Of a DNA stretch of 64,000 bases, positions 10,157-22,449 are shown piece by piece. Source of the stretch: Faecousia sp. (GTDB lineage Bacteria > Bacillota > Clostridia > Oscillospirales > Oscillospiraceae); assembly GCA_045632245.1 (NCBI GenBank), contig JAZQWI010000011.1:27850-91849 (forward strand). Direction: 5' to 3'. Position 1 is the stretch's first letter, and the number at the start of each line of letters is the position of its first letter. The notes beneath the pieces are model-generated. The model did not search any database. It was not told where the DNA came from and was given only the letters and a program-made list of their open reading frames with translations. The translations under genes were made by a program, and so were the position numbers.

Positions 10157-12049
10157 GTGCGGGCTTTGAAGCGACGTTTTCTTTGTGCCATCGTCTTATT
10201 TGCGCTGGTTGCGGCTATTCTTCCCGCACCTGTTCAAGCCACTTCCGACTACACCGCAAACCAAATCGAAAAACAAATTACCACAACCTACAATGCCGCA
10301 AAAAATCATGCAGGCCTTAGCAGCTTCAACGGTCTGTGCGCCACCTTGGTAGGCTGGCAAATGTACCTTTTAGGCATTGACGCAGAAATGATTTGCCGCG
10401 ATGGCAAAGACGAATTTGATTTATACCGCTATATGGGCATAACCACAGGCGGCTACACAATCAAAACGTATCCTTCTCCCAGTTACACCCTGCGCTCTGC
10501 TCTTTATGAAATCACGCAAAACGGCAAGGTTGATGCTTACAATATTATGGTAGGCTTTGAACGCACTGACACGGAATTAGGCAAACGTTTTGGCCATGCC
10601 GTGCTGATTCATGCCATTATAGGCGGAGAAGTTTATTTTACTGAATGTTACAGCACTTCTCTGGACGGAAAATATTGGGCAGAGGGTTCTGCCATTCACT
10701 GCTCCATCGATACCTTTTGCGATTCCTACAATCGCTGGACTGTCTTTGACGGCATTGCCTATTTTGGCGTTCGAAATTACGCTGACCTCTGCGAAAGTTA
10801 CCCCGCATCCATGTATGCCATGGTCACGCAGACCACCTCTGTTTACACAGAGCCTTCTGATATTCACGCACAGCCCACTGTTAAATCCGGCAGCTACATA
10901 CTTGCCGGTGAAATTGTGGCAGTGGATACTCTTTTGAAAACCCCCGGCGGTAAATTCTGGTACGGTCTGGCCGACGGCACCTATGTGCCGGCAGAGATGC
11001 TTGCTTATGCCGCCGCCCGTTACGACGACATCGTCATAAAAAACCTGCAAGTCCCCACCGCCCTGCGGCAGGGCAGCGGTCACCTGTTTCAAGGCATCCT
11101 TTCCTCAAAAAGCTGTCAATTGGACAGCGTAGAAGTATCTGTCTATGCCCATGACGAAAGCTACACAGAACCCATTATGTCGGGCACTTTACAAAGCGGC
11201 AGCCATTCTATCAACTTAAACAATTGGAAGTTGGACCGAAACTTTATGTTCCGCAGCTTATCCGCAGGCAAATATCGGGTGCAAATCGATGTCGTTGCCA
11301 CCACCTATGTGCTGAAAAACGGTGCTCCCTTTGCAAAGCAAGAGCTTGTCACCCTGTGGAACTCCAACATGCAAATTGTTGCCGATTGGGGCGCATACGC
11401 AACCGTTTCCTTTGATGGAAACGGAGGCGCTGTTTCCCTCAATCAGGATGTACTTGCCGTGGGAAACTCTATCGAAATTCTTCCCACCGCATCTTCCTCC
11501 AAGGGCCAGTTTGCATTTTGGTCCTTTGACAAAGAAGGGACACAGCCTGTCACCTCTCAAACGCCCATTGAAACCAGCGTTACCCTTTATGCGCAATGGA
11601 AAGACGGCACCTGCGCCCTTTCCGGTTGGCATCATACCGAAAACGGCTGGGTCTACTACGAAAACGGCGCTGTGAAAAACGGCTGGGTCTCCTTCGCTGG
11701 ACTGACCTTATATCAAATGAGCGACGGATCCCGCGCCGCCGAGTGGAAATACATAGACAATACATGGTACTATTTTACCTCCAACGGAATTTTATCCTCC
11801 AAGACTCAGGGGGAACAGAAATTAGAGCTTTTATCCAATTTCATCCCCGCTTCTTCCATGCCTATGGAGCAAACTCTTCCGGCACTTCCCAGCCGTGTCC
11901 CTTCCACCCTTTCTATCCTCCTTTGGATTTTCTGCTCATTGCTTGCCTTAGGCGCAATCGGCGCAGGTGTTATTTACCTGCTTCTGAAAAAACAGCCCCT
12001 TTCTGCGTGGCTGAATATTCCGAAACACAAAAACGGTGCGTTGCCATAA
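10157..12049 (+). CDS. Secreted/surface protein with InlB-B-like repeat, cell-wall-binding repeats and C-terminal TM anchor
   Basis: Signal peptide, TLYAQW, GWVYY/WYYF repeats, C-terminal hydrophobic helix. Confidence 0.65.
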   Translation: MRALKRRFLCAIVLFALVAAILPAPVQATSDYTANQIEKQITTTYNAAKNHAGLSSFNGLCATLVGWQMYLLGIDAEMICRDGKDEFDLYRYMGITTGGYTIKTYPSPSYTLRSALYEITQNGKVDAYNIMVGFERTDTELGKRFGHAVLIHAIIGGEVYFTECYSTSLDGKYWAEGSAIHCSIDTFCDSYNRWTVFDGIAYFGVRNYADLCESYPASMYAMVTQTTSVYTEPSDIHAQPTVKSGSYILAGEIVAVDTLLKTPGGKFWYGLADGTYVPAEMLAYAAARYDDIVIKNLQVPTALRQGSGHLFQGILSSKSCQLDSVEVSVYAHDESYTEPIMSGTLQSGSHSINLNNWKLDRNFMFRSLSAGKYRVQIDVVATTYVLKNGAPFAKQELVTLWNSNMQIVADWGAYATVSFDGNGGAVSLNQDVLAVGNSIEILPTASSSKGQFAFWSFDKEGTQPVTSQTPIETSVTLYAQWKDGTCALSGWHHTENGWVYYENGAVKNGWVSFAGLTLYQMSDGSRAAEWKYIDNTWYYFTSNGILSSKTQGEQKLELLSNFIPASSMPMEQTLPALPSRVPSTLSILLWIFCSLLALGAIGAGVIYLLLKKQPLSAWLNIPKHKNGALP

Positions 12050-12072
12050 GCAACGCACCGTTTCCCTTTCTC

Positions 12073-12879
12073 TCAATCCACACGCACAGCACAAACCACG
12101 AACCGTATATTTTTCCGGGGATAATCACAAGTAGACAACGTCAGCAATTTATCACCGTAAGCAGGCGTTATTTCCGTATCATAAAAAGAAATCTCCTTCA
12201 CTTTGTCCACAAATGCATCGTATTGCCACTGAAATTTTGCATCATTGAAAGCATGATAAGCAAAGGCATCCTCCGTGGAAATTTCAAATGCGCCCCACAC
12301 TCTATAAGTATGCTTTTCCGTCAGCGTGTGAAAATAAATAATTTGATTATCCTGCCAATATGCTTCATCTTTATAATCCTTCAAACAGGTAAACATGGAG
12401 CCATCTTTCATATGATGTCCGTAAAGCACCACATTATCCGAAGGCTTATTCACATCACACTGCTCCCGGGCATAAATTGCACCGCAAATACTGTCTTTTT
12501 TGTAAAAACCATTGGTTAAATAGAAATCCGCCTGATCCAGGGGGGATTGTAAAACAGGATAATCGATGACTGTATTCGGCACTTCAATCCAACCCACAGT
12601 ATCGTTATTCATATCATAGCACCAGCTTAAATCCCAACCACCTGTGCCGCCGGAAGATGTGCCGCCACCGGAGCTTCCTCCGCCGGAGGGGTTTTGGCTT
12701 TCTGCTTCGTATCTATCTTTCATAGCGGCAAGCTGTTCATACTCTCCTGCCGCCTTTCGGGTTTCATACCAATAACTACCCATCTGAATACCGCAGAAAA
12801 CAATCACCGCCGCAAAAATACCAAATAAAATAAAGTATATTACACGCAGTCTTTTCTGCACAGGTTTTTTTCCTTCCAT
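12073..12879 (-). CDS. srtB: Class B sortase
   Basis: N-terminal TM, IDYPVLQ, YGHHM, TLSTC. Confidence 0.88.
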   Translation of the reverse strand: MEGKKPVQKRLRVIYFILFGIFAAVIVFCGIQMGSYWYETRKAAGEYEQLAAMKDRYEAESQNPSGGGSSGGGTSSGGTGGWDLSWCYDMNNDTVGWIEVPNTVIDYPVLQSPLDQADFYLTNGFYKKDSICGAIYAREQCDVNKPSDNVVLYGHHMKDGSMFTCLKDYKDEAYWQDNQIIYFHTLTEKHTYRVWGAFEISTEDAFAYHAFNDAKFQWQYDAFVDKVKEISFYDTEITPAYGDKLLTLSTCDYPRKNIRFVVCAVRVD

Positions 12880-12960
12880 GGGTCATACATCCTTTCGCGG
12901 GTATGCTCCCATGATACTGGAATCTCTCTGAAAAGTAAAGTTTTTTTCGCAATGTGCTGA

Positions 12961-14397
<1,437 letters not shown>

Positions 14398-14442
14398 ACT
14401 GCATACACAAACGGGCGTTGCCTTTGGCAACGCCCGTACTTT

Positions 14443-15651
14443 TTATTGATACATGGCAAGTCCCGGAATCTGGGATGCCATTTTGCTCACCTGATACAAA
14501 AGGAGCGCTACCTCTCCTCTGGTCATCACCTGAGTGGCGGATAAGTCAAAGCCGTTTTCATTCATGGCCGTCACCGCTGCCATAGCCCAGGCAGGCTCAT
14601 CGGGATTCATCTCATCCATAGAAGATGTCACCACTGCCAAATCCATGGCATTGGCCATCATCACTGCCACTTCTCCGCCGGTAATGTTTTCTTCCGCGCC
14701 GAAAATGCCGGTCTCAGAGCCGGGCAAGCCTGCCGTCAGCCCCGCCCGCAGCGCTGCGGCCAAATAAGGTTTCAGCCATGTGGGCACCTCATCAGTATAG
14801 CCGGTAAAGGTAAGGGTTTCTTCCACAGGAATATTCAGCACACCCACCAGCATGGAAAGAAATTCTCCGCGACTGACCGCCTTGTTCTCCCGGAAGCACG
14901 GCGCCCCGCCAATCTTTTCACCTACAAACAACCCTGTGTTCTTCATCCATTCCGCTGCAAAGCGACATTCTGAGCCAACGGTGTCGGTATACTGTGCAGC
15001 GTCCGAGGGCTTCAAAATCTGAATGGTCACGGTAGCCTCCCGAGACACATTGCCGGCAGGGTCAGTGGCGGTGTAGGTAAACGAATCCACGCCCACCTTA
15101 TTTTTCTTGGGTGTATAAGTGAAGCTGCCGTCCTGCCGCAGTTCCAGCTGCCCGCGTTTGGGCTGACGGGTAACGGTAAATGTCAGCTCCTTACCCTCGG
15201 GATCGGAAACCTTCAATTTTCCCTCATTGGGCAGATTTTTATAGGTCTCCATGGCAAAATCCTCTGCCACCGGCGCCTTATCTTCCTTGCCCAAAACAGA
15301 AATGCTCATGGTTACCGTAGGCGCAACCCGATTTTCATAAATGGGCAAATAACTCACCTGTGCCGTCTGATTGACCTGCGTATCCACAGGGGAGAAAGTC
15401 ATTTGAGTCAACTGCTCGGCTGTGAGAATATCCCCTTCCCGCAGCACCCGCGCACCCAGCATCACCGTGCCGGTATAAGGTTCGGGCAGTTCCGTAATGC
15501 AAATCCCCGCCAAGGAATCCTCTTGGGAAAAATCCTCCTGACTGAAACAGTAAACACTTCCGGACTCCACCTCCACCGCAGAAGCGCCGGCGCACAGCGT
15601 TAATACACAGCCCACTGCTGCCAGCATACAAATCACGCGTGTTCGCAACAT
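14443..15651 (-). CDS. Secreted Ig-like plus S-layer-homology domain protein
   Basis: Signal peptide, GSFTYTP/DSFTY Ig-like motif, SRGE/TRGE SLH-like motifs. Confidence 0.7.
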   Translation of the reverse strand: MLRTRVICMLAAVGCVLTLCAGASAVEVESGSVYCFSQEDFSQEDSLAGICITELPEPYTGTVMLGARVLREGDILTAEQLTQMTFSPVDTQVNQTAQVSYLPIYENRVAPTVTMSISVLGKEDKAPVAEDFAMETYKNLPNEGKLKVSDPEGKELTFTVTRQPKRGQLELRQDGSFTYTPKKNKVGVDSFTYTATDPAGNVSREATVTIQILKPSDAAQYTDTVGSECRFAAEWMKNTGLFVGEKIGGAPCFRENKAVSRGEFLSMLVGVLNIPVEETLTFTGYTDEVPTWLKPYLAAALRAGLTAGLPGSETGIFGAEENITGGEVAVMMANAMDLAVVTSSMDEMNPDEPAWAMAAVTAMNENGFDLSATQVMTRGEVALLLYQVSKMASQIPGLAMYQ

Positions 15652-15804
15652 AAATATAAACCTCCTAAAATTGGTCTGCGGTGGTATTGTTTGCCGAGGC
15701 TGGCAAAATTATTCAAAAGAAAAAAGAAGATATATTTCCTTGCAAATTTCCCAAAAAAATGCTATGATTATAAATTGATAAAGTATCTTTTAAGGAGCCG
15801 CACC

Positions 15805-17205
15805 ATGAACGGAAAAACCACAATCATTTCGGAAGCAGAGCTGACGAACCAATTTGCCTACTGCGACCGAATTTGCCGCCATTGGCAGGAAATCGGACGC
15901 ACCCCTTGCGCCTATGTGGAGACCTATGGCTGCCAGCAAAACGAAGCCGATTCCGAAAAACTGCGGGGTTATTTGGTTCAGTCCGGCTATGCCATTGTCA
16001 ACGAAGCCGAGGGCGCAGATGTGGTGATTATGAACACCTGTGCCATTCGGGAACATGCCGAGCAGCGCGTATTCGGCAACTTGGGCGCGCTGAGCCCCAC
16101 CAAGCGCCGCCACCCCGAACAAAAAATCTTCCTGTGCGGCTGTATGGCAGGCGAAACCAAAGTCTCCGACCGCATAAAGAAAAGCTTTCCCATTGTAGAC
16201 GGTGTATTTTCCACCCATCACTTATGGCAATTCCCTGAAATTTTGTGGAATGTGTTAACTAAGAAAAAGCGGCAATTTTACATTGCCGACGAGGCAGGCT
16301 CCATTGCAGAGGGAATCCCCCAAGTACGAGACAACCCCTTGAAAGCGTGGGTGTCCATTATGTACGGCTGCAACAATTTCTGCACCTACTGCATCGTCCC
16401 CTATGTCCGCGGTCGGGAACGCAGCCGCAAAAAAGAGGATATTTTAGCAGAATGTCGCTGCTTAATCGAAAACGGCTGCAAGGAAATCACCCTGTTGGGT
16501 CAAAATGTCAACTCCTACGGCAAGGATTTATCCGACGGCTTTGATTTTGCGGATTTGCTTTCCGAAATTTCCGCTATTGAGGGCGATTTTCTCATTCACT
16601 TTATGACCAGTCACCCAAAGGATGCTTCCAAAAAGCTCTTGGACACCATGGCGCAAAACGCCAAGATTGCCAAACATCTGCATTTGCCTTTCCAATCCGG
16701 CTCATCCCGTGTGCTGAAAGCCATGAACCGCCACTATGATCGGGAAAAGTATTTAGAAGCAGTTCGTTATGCCAAATCCGTCATGCCGGATTTGGTGCTG
16801 ACCTCCGATGTGATTGTGGGCTTCCCAGGAGAAACTGAGGAAGAATTCGAGGAAACCATCTCCTTAATTGAAACTGTGCGTTATGACGCTTTGTTTACCT
16901 TCATCTTCTCCCCCCGCACCGGCACACCGGCAGCATCTATGGACGACCCCACTCCCAAAGAAGAGAAAAACCGCCGCTTTGATAAGCTTTGCGCGGTGCA
17001 AAATCGCATTTCCGAAGAAATCCACCGAGAGTATATAGGCAAAACCTTCCGCTGTCTGGTTGATGGCGTAGACGGTGACCGCCTCACCGCTCGCACAGAA
17101 GGCAGTCGACTGGTGCGTTTTGCAGGTGACAACGCCCTAATCGGCTCTTTTGTAAACCTAACCATTACCGACTCCACCACATGGAGCTTATGCGGAGAAC
17201 TGTAA
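15805..17205 (+). CDS. miaB: tRNA methylthiotransferase MiaB
   Basis: TYGCQQN, radical SAM CNNFCTYC, TRAM C-terminus. Confidence 0.95.
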   Translation: MNGKTTIISEAELTNQFAYCDRICRHWQEIGRTPCAYVETYGCQQNEADSEKLRGYLVQSGYAIVNEAEGADVVIMNTCAIREHAEQRVFGNLGALSPTKRRHPEQKIFLCGCMAGETKVSDRIKKSFPIVDGVFSTHHLWQFPEILWNVLTKKKRQFYIADEAGSIAEGIPQVRDNPLKAWVSIMYGCNNFCTYCIVPYVRGRERSRKKEDILAECRCLIENGCKEITLLGQNVNSYGKDLSDGFDFADLLSEISAIEGDFLIHFMTSHPKDASKKLLDTMAQNAKIAKHLHLPFQSGSSRVLKAMNRHYDREKYLEAVRYAKSVMPDLVLTSDVIVGFPGETEEEFEETISLIETVRYDALFTFIFSPRTGTPAASMDDPTPKEEKNRRFDKLCAVQNRISEEIHREYIGKTFRCLVDGVDGDRLTARTEGSRLVRFAGDNALIGSFVNLTITDSTTWSLCGEL

Positions 17206-17242
17206 TCCCCCAAAAATTTAGAAACAGAAAGAGGTTACGCCC

Positions 17243-19849
17243 ATGTCTAAGCCTACTGCCGAAATGACCCCCATGCGGCGTCAATATTTCGAAATCAAAG
17301 AGCGCAATCAGGATTGCATCCTCTTTTTCCGTCTGGGCGATTTTTATGAAATGTTCGACGAGGATGCCCGTCTGGCATCCAAAGAATTGGATCTGACCCT
17401 CACCACTCGTGACCGCGGCAAGCCCAAGGAGGAGCAAACACCCATGTGCGGTGTGCCTTATCACAGTGTGGATTCTTACATTGCCCGCTTGGTGCAAAAA
17501 GGCTACAAGGTAGCCATCTGCGAGCAAATGCAGGACCCCGCCACCACCAAGGGCCTAGTCGAGCGTGACATTACCCGCATTGTCACCCCCGGTACTGTCA
17601 CCGAAAGCTGCATGCTGGAAGACAGCAAGCACAATTATTTCAGCTGCCTGTTTGGCGCACAGGAACAGTTCGGTCTGTCTTTCTGCGATGTTTCCACCGG
17701 TGACTTTTTCGTGACTTTATGTCCCGATGCCACCGCCGCCATTTCGGAATTGGGTCGCTTTGCGCCTACGGAAATTCTCCGCTTTGGCGAAGGCATTTCC
17801 ACCCCCGCTTTTAACGACGCTTTGCTGCGCCGTCTTTCCTGCTGCGTCAACGAGGGCGCGCAGGATAAATTCCCCTTTGATGCTGCCGCAGCGGCTTTGG
17901 AAAGCCATTTCCGCTGCACCCTTTCTCAGTTGGGCCTTGCAGGCATGGATGCTGCTGTCATCTCAGCAGGCGCTATGCTCATCACATTAAAATCCCTGCA
18001 AAAGAACGAACTCGCCCATATTCGCCATTTGGAATACTACACCCTTGGTAAATTCATGGAGCTGGACATGGACGCCCGCAGAAACTTAGAGCTGACGGAA
18101 ACCATGCGCGCCAAAGAGAAAAAAGGCACGCTTCTGTGGGTTTTGGATAAAACCAAAACCGCCATGGGCGGCCGTATGCTAAGAACTTGGGTAGAAAAAC
18201 CCTTATTAGACTGCGAGGAAATTGAAAGCCGTCAGCAGGCCGTGGCGGAATTGGTAGAGTCTACCATTTGTCGGGCAGAGCTGACTGAAGTTTTGCGGGA
18301 TATTACAGACATTGAGCGCATTATGACCCGCATTGTCACCGGCAATGTCAACGCGCGGGAGCTTCTCAGCTTTGCTCAGGGTCTTCGCCCCCTGCCGGAG
18401 CTGAAAAAGCAACTTTCCCAATGTCAAAGTCCCATGCTGACTAAGCTGAACGAGACCATTGACGCATTAAATGACTGCGCCGACCGCATCGAAGCCACCA
18501 TTCACGAAGAATCCCCCATGACCATTCGCGAGGGCGGCATCATTCGCGACGGCAGCTTCCCCGAGGTTGACCGTCTCAGAAGTGTTATGAACGGCGGCAC
18601 GGACATCATGGCCGCCATTGAAGCCCGGGAAAAGGAAGCCACCGGTATTCGAACCTTAAAGGTAAGCTTTAACCGCGTGTTTGGCTATTATATCGAAGTT
18701 TCCAAGTCCTTTGTGGATCAAGTGCCCGCCCACTATATTCGCCGCCAAACCCTCACCAACAACGAGCGTTACATCACCCCTGAGCTGAAAGAATTGGAAG
18801 ATCAGGTATTAGGCGCAAAGGATAAGCTGGCGGCGCTGGAATATCAAATCTTTACTGAGCTTCGGGAATTTTTGGCGCAGCAGGCCGCCCGTGTGCAGTT
18901 AACCGCAGCCGCCGTCGCCGCGGTGGATAGCTTATGCTCCCTTTCCTCTGTTGCCACCGCCCGAGGCTACTGCCGTCCGGATGTGGTCACAGGCGGAGAA
19001 ATCTCCATTACCGACGGCCGCCACCCTGTGGTGGAAGTCATGCTGAAAGACTCCCTGTTTGTTCCCAACGACACCCTTTTAGGCACTGCCGACAATCAGG
19101 TGGCCATTATCACCGGCCCGAACATGGCAGGTAAATCCACTTATATGCGGCAGGTGGCGTTGATTGTGCTCATGGCGCAAATCGGCTCTTTTGTACCTGC
19201 CCGCGCCGCCCGTATCGGCATTGTGGACAGAGTGTTTACCCGTATCGGCGCCAGCGACGATTTGGCATCCGGCCAATCCACCTTCATGGTGGAAATGTCC
19301 GAAGTGGCATCTATTTTGAAGTATGCCACCAGCCGCAGTCTGCTGATTTTGGACGAAATCGGCCGCGGCACTTCCACCTACGATGGCATGTCCATCGCCC
19401 GTGCGGTGCTGGAATATGTGGCAAACACGAAAAAGCTGGGCGCAAAAACCCTGTTCGCCACCCACTATCATGAGCTTTCCACATTGGAAAGCAAGCTCTC
19501 CAATGTGAAAAATTACAACATTGCCGTAAAAAAACGGGGCGAGCAAATGATTTTCCTGCGAAAAATCGTTCCCGGTGCCACTGACGATAGCTACGGCATC
19601 GAGGTTGCCAAGCTGGCAGGCTTGCCCGCATGTGTCATTTCCCGCGCACGGGAAATTTTGCAGGAGCTGGAAGAAGAAAACGGTGTGGTACATATTCCCG
19701 CCCCTGCGCCGGAATCCGACGACCAACTCAGCATGCTGGATTTGCGCAGTCAGCAGATTGCCGACGCGCTTTCCGGCCTGTCTGTGGAAACCTTAACCCC
19801 CATTGAGGCCATGAACGAACTGTACAAATTGAAGAAGATGTTGAACTGA
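17243..19849 (+). CDS. mutS: DNA mismatch repair protein MutS
   Basis: GDFYEMF, TGPNMAGKST, DEIGRGTST. Confidence 0.97.
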   Translation: MSKPTAEMTPMRRQYFEIKERNQDCILFFRLGDFYEMFDEDARLASKELDLTLTTRDRGKPKEEQTPMCGVPYHSVDSYIARLVQKGYKVAICEQMQDPATTKGLVERDITRIVTPGTVTESCMLEDSKHNYFSCLFGAQEQFGLSFCDVSTGDFFVTLCPDATAAISELGRFAPTEILRFGEGISTPAFNDALLRRLSCCVNEGAQDKFPFDAAAAALESHFRCTLSQLGLAGMDAAVISAGAMLITLKSLQKNELAHIRHLEYYTLGKFMELDMDARRNLELTETMRAKEKKGTLLWVLDKTKTAMGGRMLRTWVEKPLLDCEEIESRQQAVAELVESTICRAELTEVLRDITDIERIMTRIVTGNVNARELLSFAQGLRPLPELKKQLSQCQSPMLTKLNETIDALNDCADRIEATIHEESPMTIREGGIIRDGSFPEVDRLRSVMNGGTDIMAAIEAREKEATGIRTLKVSFNRVFGYYIEVSKSFVDQVPAHYIRRQTLTNNERYITPELKELEDQVLGAKDKLAALEYQIFTELREFLAQQAARVQLTAAAVAAVDSLCSLSSVATARGYCRPDVVTGGEISITDGRHPVVEVMLKDSLFVPNDTLLGTADNQVAIITGPNMAGKSTYMRQVALIVLMAQIGSFVPARAARIGIVDRVFTRIGASDDLASGQSTFMVEMSEVASILKYATSRSLLILDEIGRGTSTYDGMSIARAVLEYVANTKKLGAKTLFATHYHELSTLESKLSNVKNYNIAVKKRGEQMIFLRKIVPGATDDSYGIEVAKLAGLPACVISRAREILQELEEENGVVHIPAPAPESDDQLSMLDLRSQQIADALSGLSVETLTPIEAMNELYKLKKMLN

Positions 19850-19850
19850 T

Positions 19851-20543
19851 ATGTCTAAAAAACTTTCCATTTCCCTTAACAAGCAAGAACAAATACAGGG
19901 CGCGGCCTATCTGTGCATTTCCCTTGCTTTTCTGCCGGTGCTGTTCCCCTACTGCATCACACTTTTATTCCCCTATGTCAACGATGCAGAAATAAACTTT
20001 TTCTACTTTTGCTTTAATTTTCTTTGCATGGTCATGATCCTGCGGAAATTTTTATGGCAGTCTTTACAGCAGCTTGGCGCGCACCCACTGAGACTGACCA
20101 CCTCGATTTTGCGGGGAATTTTTACATATTTTCTGCTGAATTATGTGGTGTCCTTTCTGCTTTACTGGCTTGCGCCGGACTTTTTCAATGTCAACGACAA
20201 CAGCATCGCCCTGTTAGCGCATCAGAACTATACTCTCGTCGCCTTCGGCACCATTTTCCTTGTGCCTGTGGCAGAGGAATGTCTGTACCGCGGCTTAGTC
20301 TATGGCACATTGCAGGAAAAAAGCCCCGCTTTGGCGCTGATTCTTTCCACCTTGCTGTTTGCTTCCATTCATATCATGGGCTATATCGGAAGCTACGATT
20401 TTTTGCACCTGCTGATTTGCTTTGTGCAGTATCTGCCCGCGGGATTTTGCCTTGCTTGGGCATATCGCCGCGCGGACAACATTTTTGCCCCCATTTTTAT
20501 GCATGCTATCATTAATGCCATTGGAATTTTCTCTGTGAGGTAA
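19851..20543 (+). CDS. CPBP (Abi/CAAX) intramembrane metalloprotease
   Basis: EECLYRG, FASIH, HAIIN motifs; multi-TM. Confidence 0.85.
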   Translation: MSKKLSISLNKQEQIQGAAYLCISLAFLPVLFPYCITLLFPYVNDAEINFFYFCFNFLCMVMILRKFLWQSLQQLGAHPLRLTTSILRGIFTYFLLNYVVSFLLYWLAPDFFNVNDNSIALLAHQNYTLVAFGTIFLVPVAEECLYRGLVYGTLQEKSPALALILSTLLFASIHIMGYIGSYDFLHLLICFVQYLPAGFCLAWAYRRADNIFAPIFMHAIINAIGIFSVR

Positions 20544-20548
20544 CCGTT

Positions 20549-22429
20549 ATGCCGAAAATTATCCGACTTTCCCAGCATGTTGCCAATTTAATAGCCGCCG
20601 GTGAGGTGGTAGAGCGTCCTGCCAGCGTGGTAAAGGAATTGCTGGAAAACGCGGTAGATGCCGGCGCTACCAAGCTCACTGTGGAAATCCGCGACGGTGG
20701 TATGACCTTTTTGCGTGTAACGGACAACGGCTGCGGCATGAATGCCGAAGATGCCAAAACCGCATTTTTGCGCCATGCAACCTCCAAGCTGAAAGAAGCA
20801 GAGGACTTGGCCGCCATCTCCACCATGGGCTTCCGCGGGGAGGCTTTGGCTGCCATCGCCTCCGTCAGCCGTATTGATTTGATGACCAAAACCGCTGACA
20901 GCCTCAGCGGCACCAGCTTACATTTAGAAGCCGGAGAAATCACGGAGGAATCCGAGGCCGGCTGTCCCGACGGCACCACCATCATCGTGCGGGATTTGTT
21001 TTACAACACCCCCGCCCGCATGAAATTTATGAAAGCCGACTCCGTAGAGGGCAGCCGCGTCACTGCCGCTGTGCAGTTGCAGGCTTTGGCACACCCCGAA
21101 GTGGCCATCACCTTCCTGCGAGACGGCAAGCAGATCCTTTCCACCCCCGGAAACGGCACATTGCAGGAAGCCGTTTACTATGTCTATGGACGGGATGCTG
21201 CTCAGATGATCAAGGTAGACAGCCAATGGGAAGGCTACCGCCTGACAGGCTTTGTATCCAAGCCCACCGATGCCCGTCCCAGCCGAAATCTGCAAACCTT
21301 CTTTGTTAACGACAGGCCTGTAAAATCCAAGCTTTTAATGGCAGCGTTGGAAGAAGCTTACCGCAATCAAATTATGACGGGAAAATTCCCCGCCTGTGTC
21401 CTGCATTTGCACATGAATGCCAATGTGGTGGATGTCAATGTCCACCCCGCCAAAACAGAAGTGAAATTCCTTTCGGAAAAGACGGTGTTTGACTGCGTTC
21501 ACTATGGTGTGCTGGCGGCTTTAAATACGCAAACCGACCGACCGGAAGTACGCTTCCAGCCGAAACCCGCGCCTATCGCCCCCACCCCTGCGGCAAAAGC
21601 CGCTGCCCCGAAACAGGAGTCGTTCTTCCGCACCATGACTGCCCAGGAATACCGCAATTTTACCGCTGCGGTACAAACTGCCCCCCGCCCCAATCCTGTG
21701 GCAGCGCAGGCCATGGTGCAAACCATTGAACGCCAAACGCCCGCCCTGCATGAAACCGTGCAGATTCCTCAACCTGCCGCCATTGCGCCCCAGCCGGCTA
21801 TGCCCACGCCTGTTGTGCCTGCGCCCGAGCCGGAGCAGACTGTTTTGCCTATGCCCGAGGAAATCCCCTGGCGCTATGTGGGTGAAATTTACAACAGCTA
21901 TCTTTTGGTAGAACAAGGCGAGGATGCCTTTTTCATTGATAAACACGCTGCACACGAACGGATTTTATTTGAAAAGCTGAAAGCCAATCAAGAAGCCATC
22001 AGCTCCCAAATGCTCCTTGCCCCTATTCCTGTGCGCCTGAATCCCGAGGCCGTGGCTTTGCTTATCAGCAATGCCGCCATGCTGAAAGAATTAGGTTTTG
22101 AATTGGACGAATTTGGAGAAAACACCGTACTTTTGCGGCAGATTCCCATGGATCTTTCTCCCGATTTGGCGGCAGAATCCATAGAAACCATTGCCGCTGA
22201 TTTGCAAAACGGCCGTCGGGAACGATCCGACACCATTCGCGACGAAATTTTACACACCGTCGCCTGCAAGGCCGCCATTAAAGCGGGCTGGCAGAACGAG
22301 GAAAAAGAGCTTCTGGCGCTGATTGAACAGGTCATGGGTCGGGAAGATTTAAAATACTGCCCCCACGGCAGACCCATTTGCATTTCCCTCAGCAAAAAGC
22401 AGCTGGAAAAGCAATTTAAACGCAGTTAA
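20549..22429 (+). CDS. mutL: DNA mismatch repair protein MutL
   Basis: GEVVERP, GFRGEAL, DKHAAHER, CPHGRP. Confidence 0.97.
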   Translation: MPKIIRLSQHVANLIAAGEVVERPASVVKELLENAVDAGATKLTVEIRDGGMTFLRVTDNGCGMNAEDAKTAFLRHATSKLKEAEDLAAISTMGFRGEALAAIASVSRIDLMTKTADSLSGTSLHLEAGEITEESEAGCPDGTTIIVRDLFYNTPARMKFMKADSVEGSRVTAAVQLQALAHPEVAITFLRDGKQILSTPGNGTLQEAVYYVYGRDAAQMIKVDSQWEGYRLTGFVSKPTDARPSRNLQTFFVNDRPVKSKLLMAALEEAYRNQIMTGKFPACVLHLHMNANVVDVNVHPAKTEVKFLSEKTVFDCVHYGVLAALNTQTDRPEVRFQPKPAPIAPTPAAKAAAPKQESFFRTMTAQEYRNFTAAVQTAPRPNPVAAQAMVQTIERQTPALHETVQIPQPAAIAPQPAMPTPVVPAPEPEQTVLPMPEEIPWRYVGEIYNSYLLVEQGEDAFFIDKHAAHERILFEKLKANQEAISSQMLLAPIPVRLNPEAVALLISNAAMLKELGFELDEFGENTVLLRQIPMDLSPDLAAESIETIAADLQNGRRERSDTIRDEILHTVACKAAIKAGWQNEEKELLALIEQVMGREDLKYCPHGRPICISLSKKQLEKQFKRS

Positions 22430-22449
22430 GCGCAAGGAGGCATCGGTCT

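Noticed and set aside
19851-20543. CPBP/Abi gene between mutS and mutL as a defence gene
   Set aside because: Common membrane protease family; no defence context
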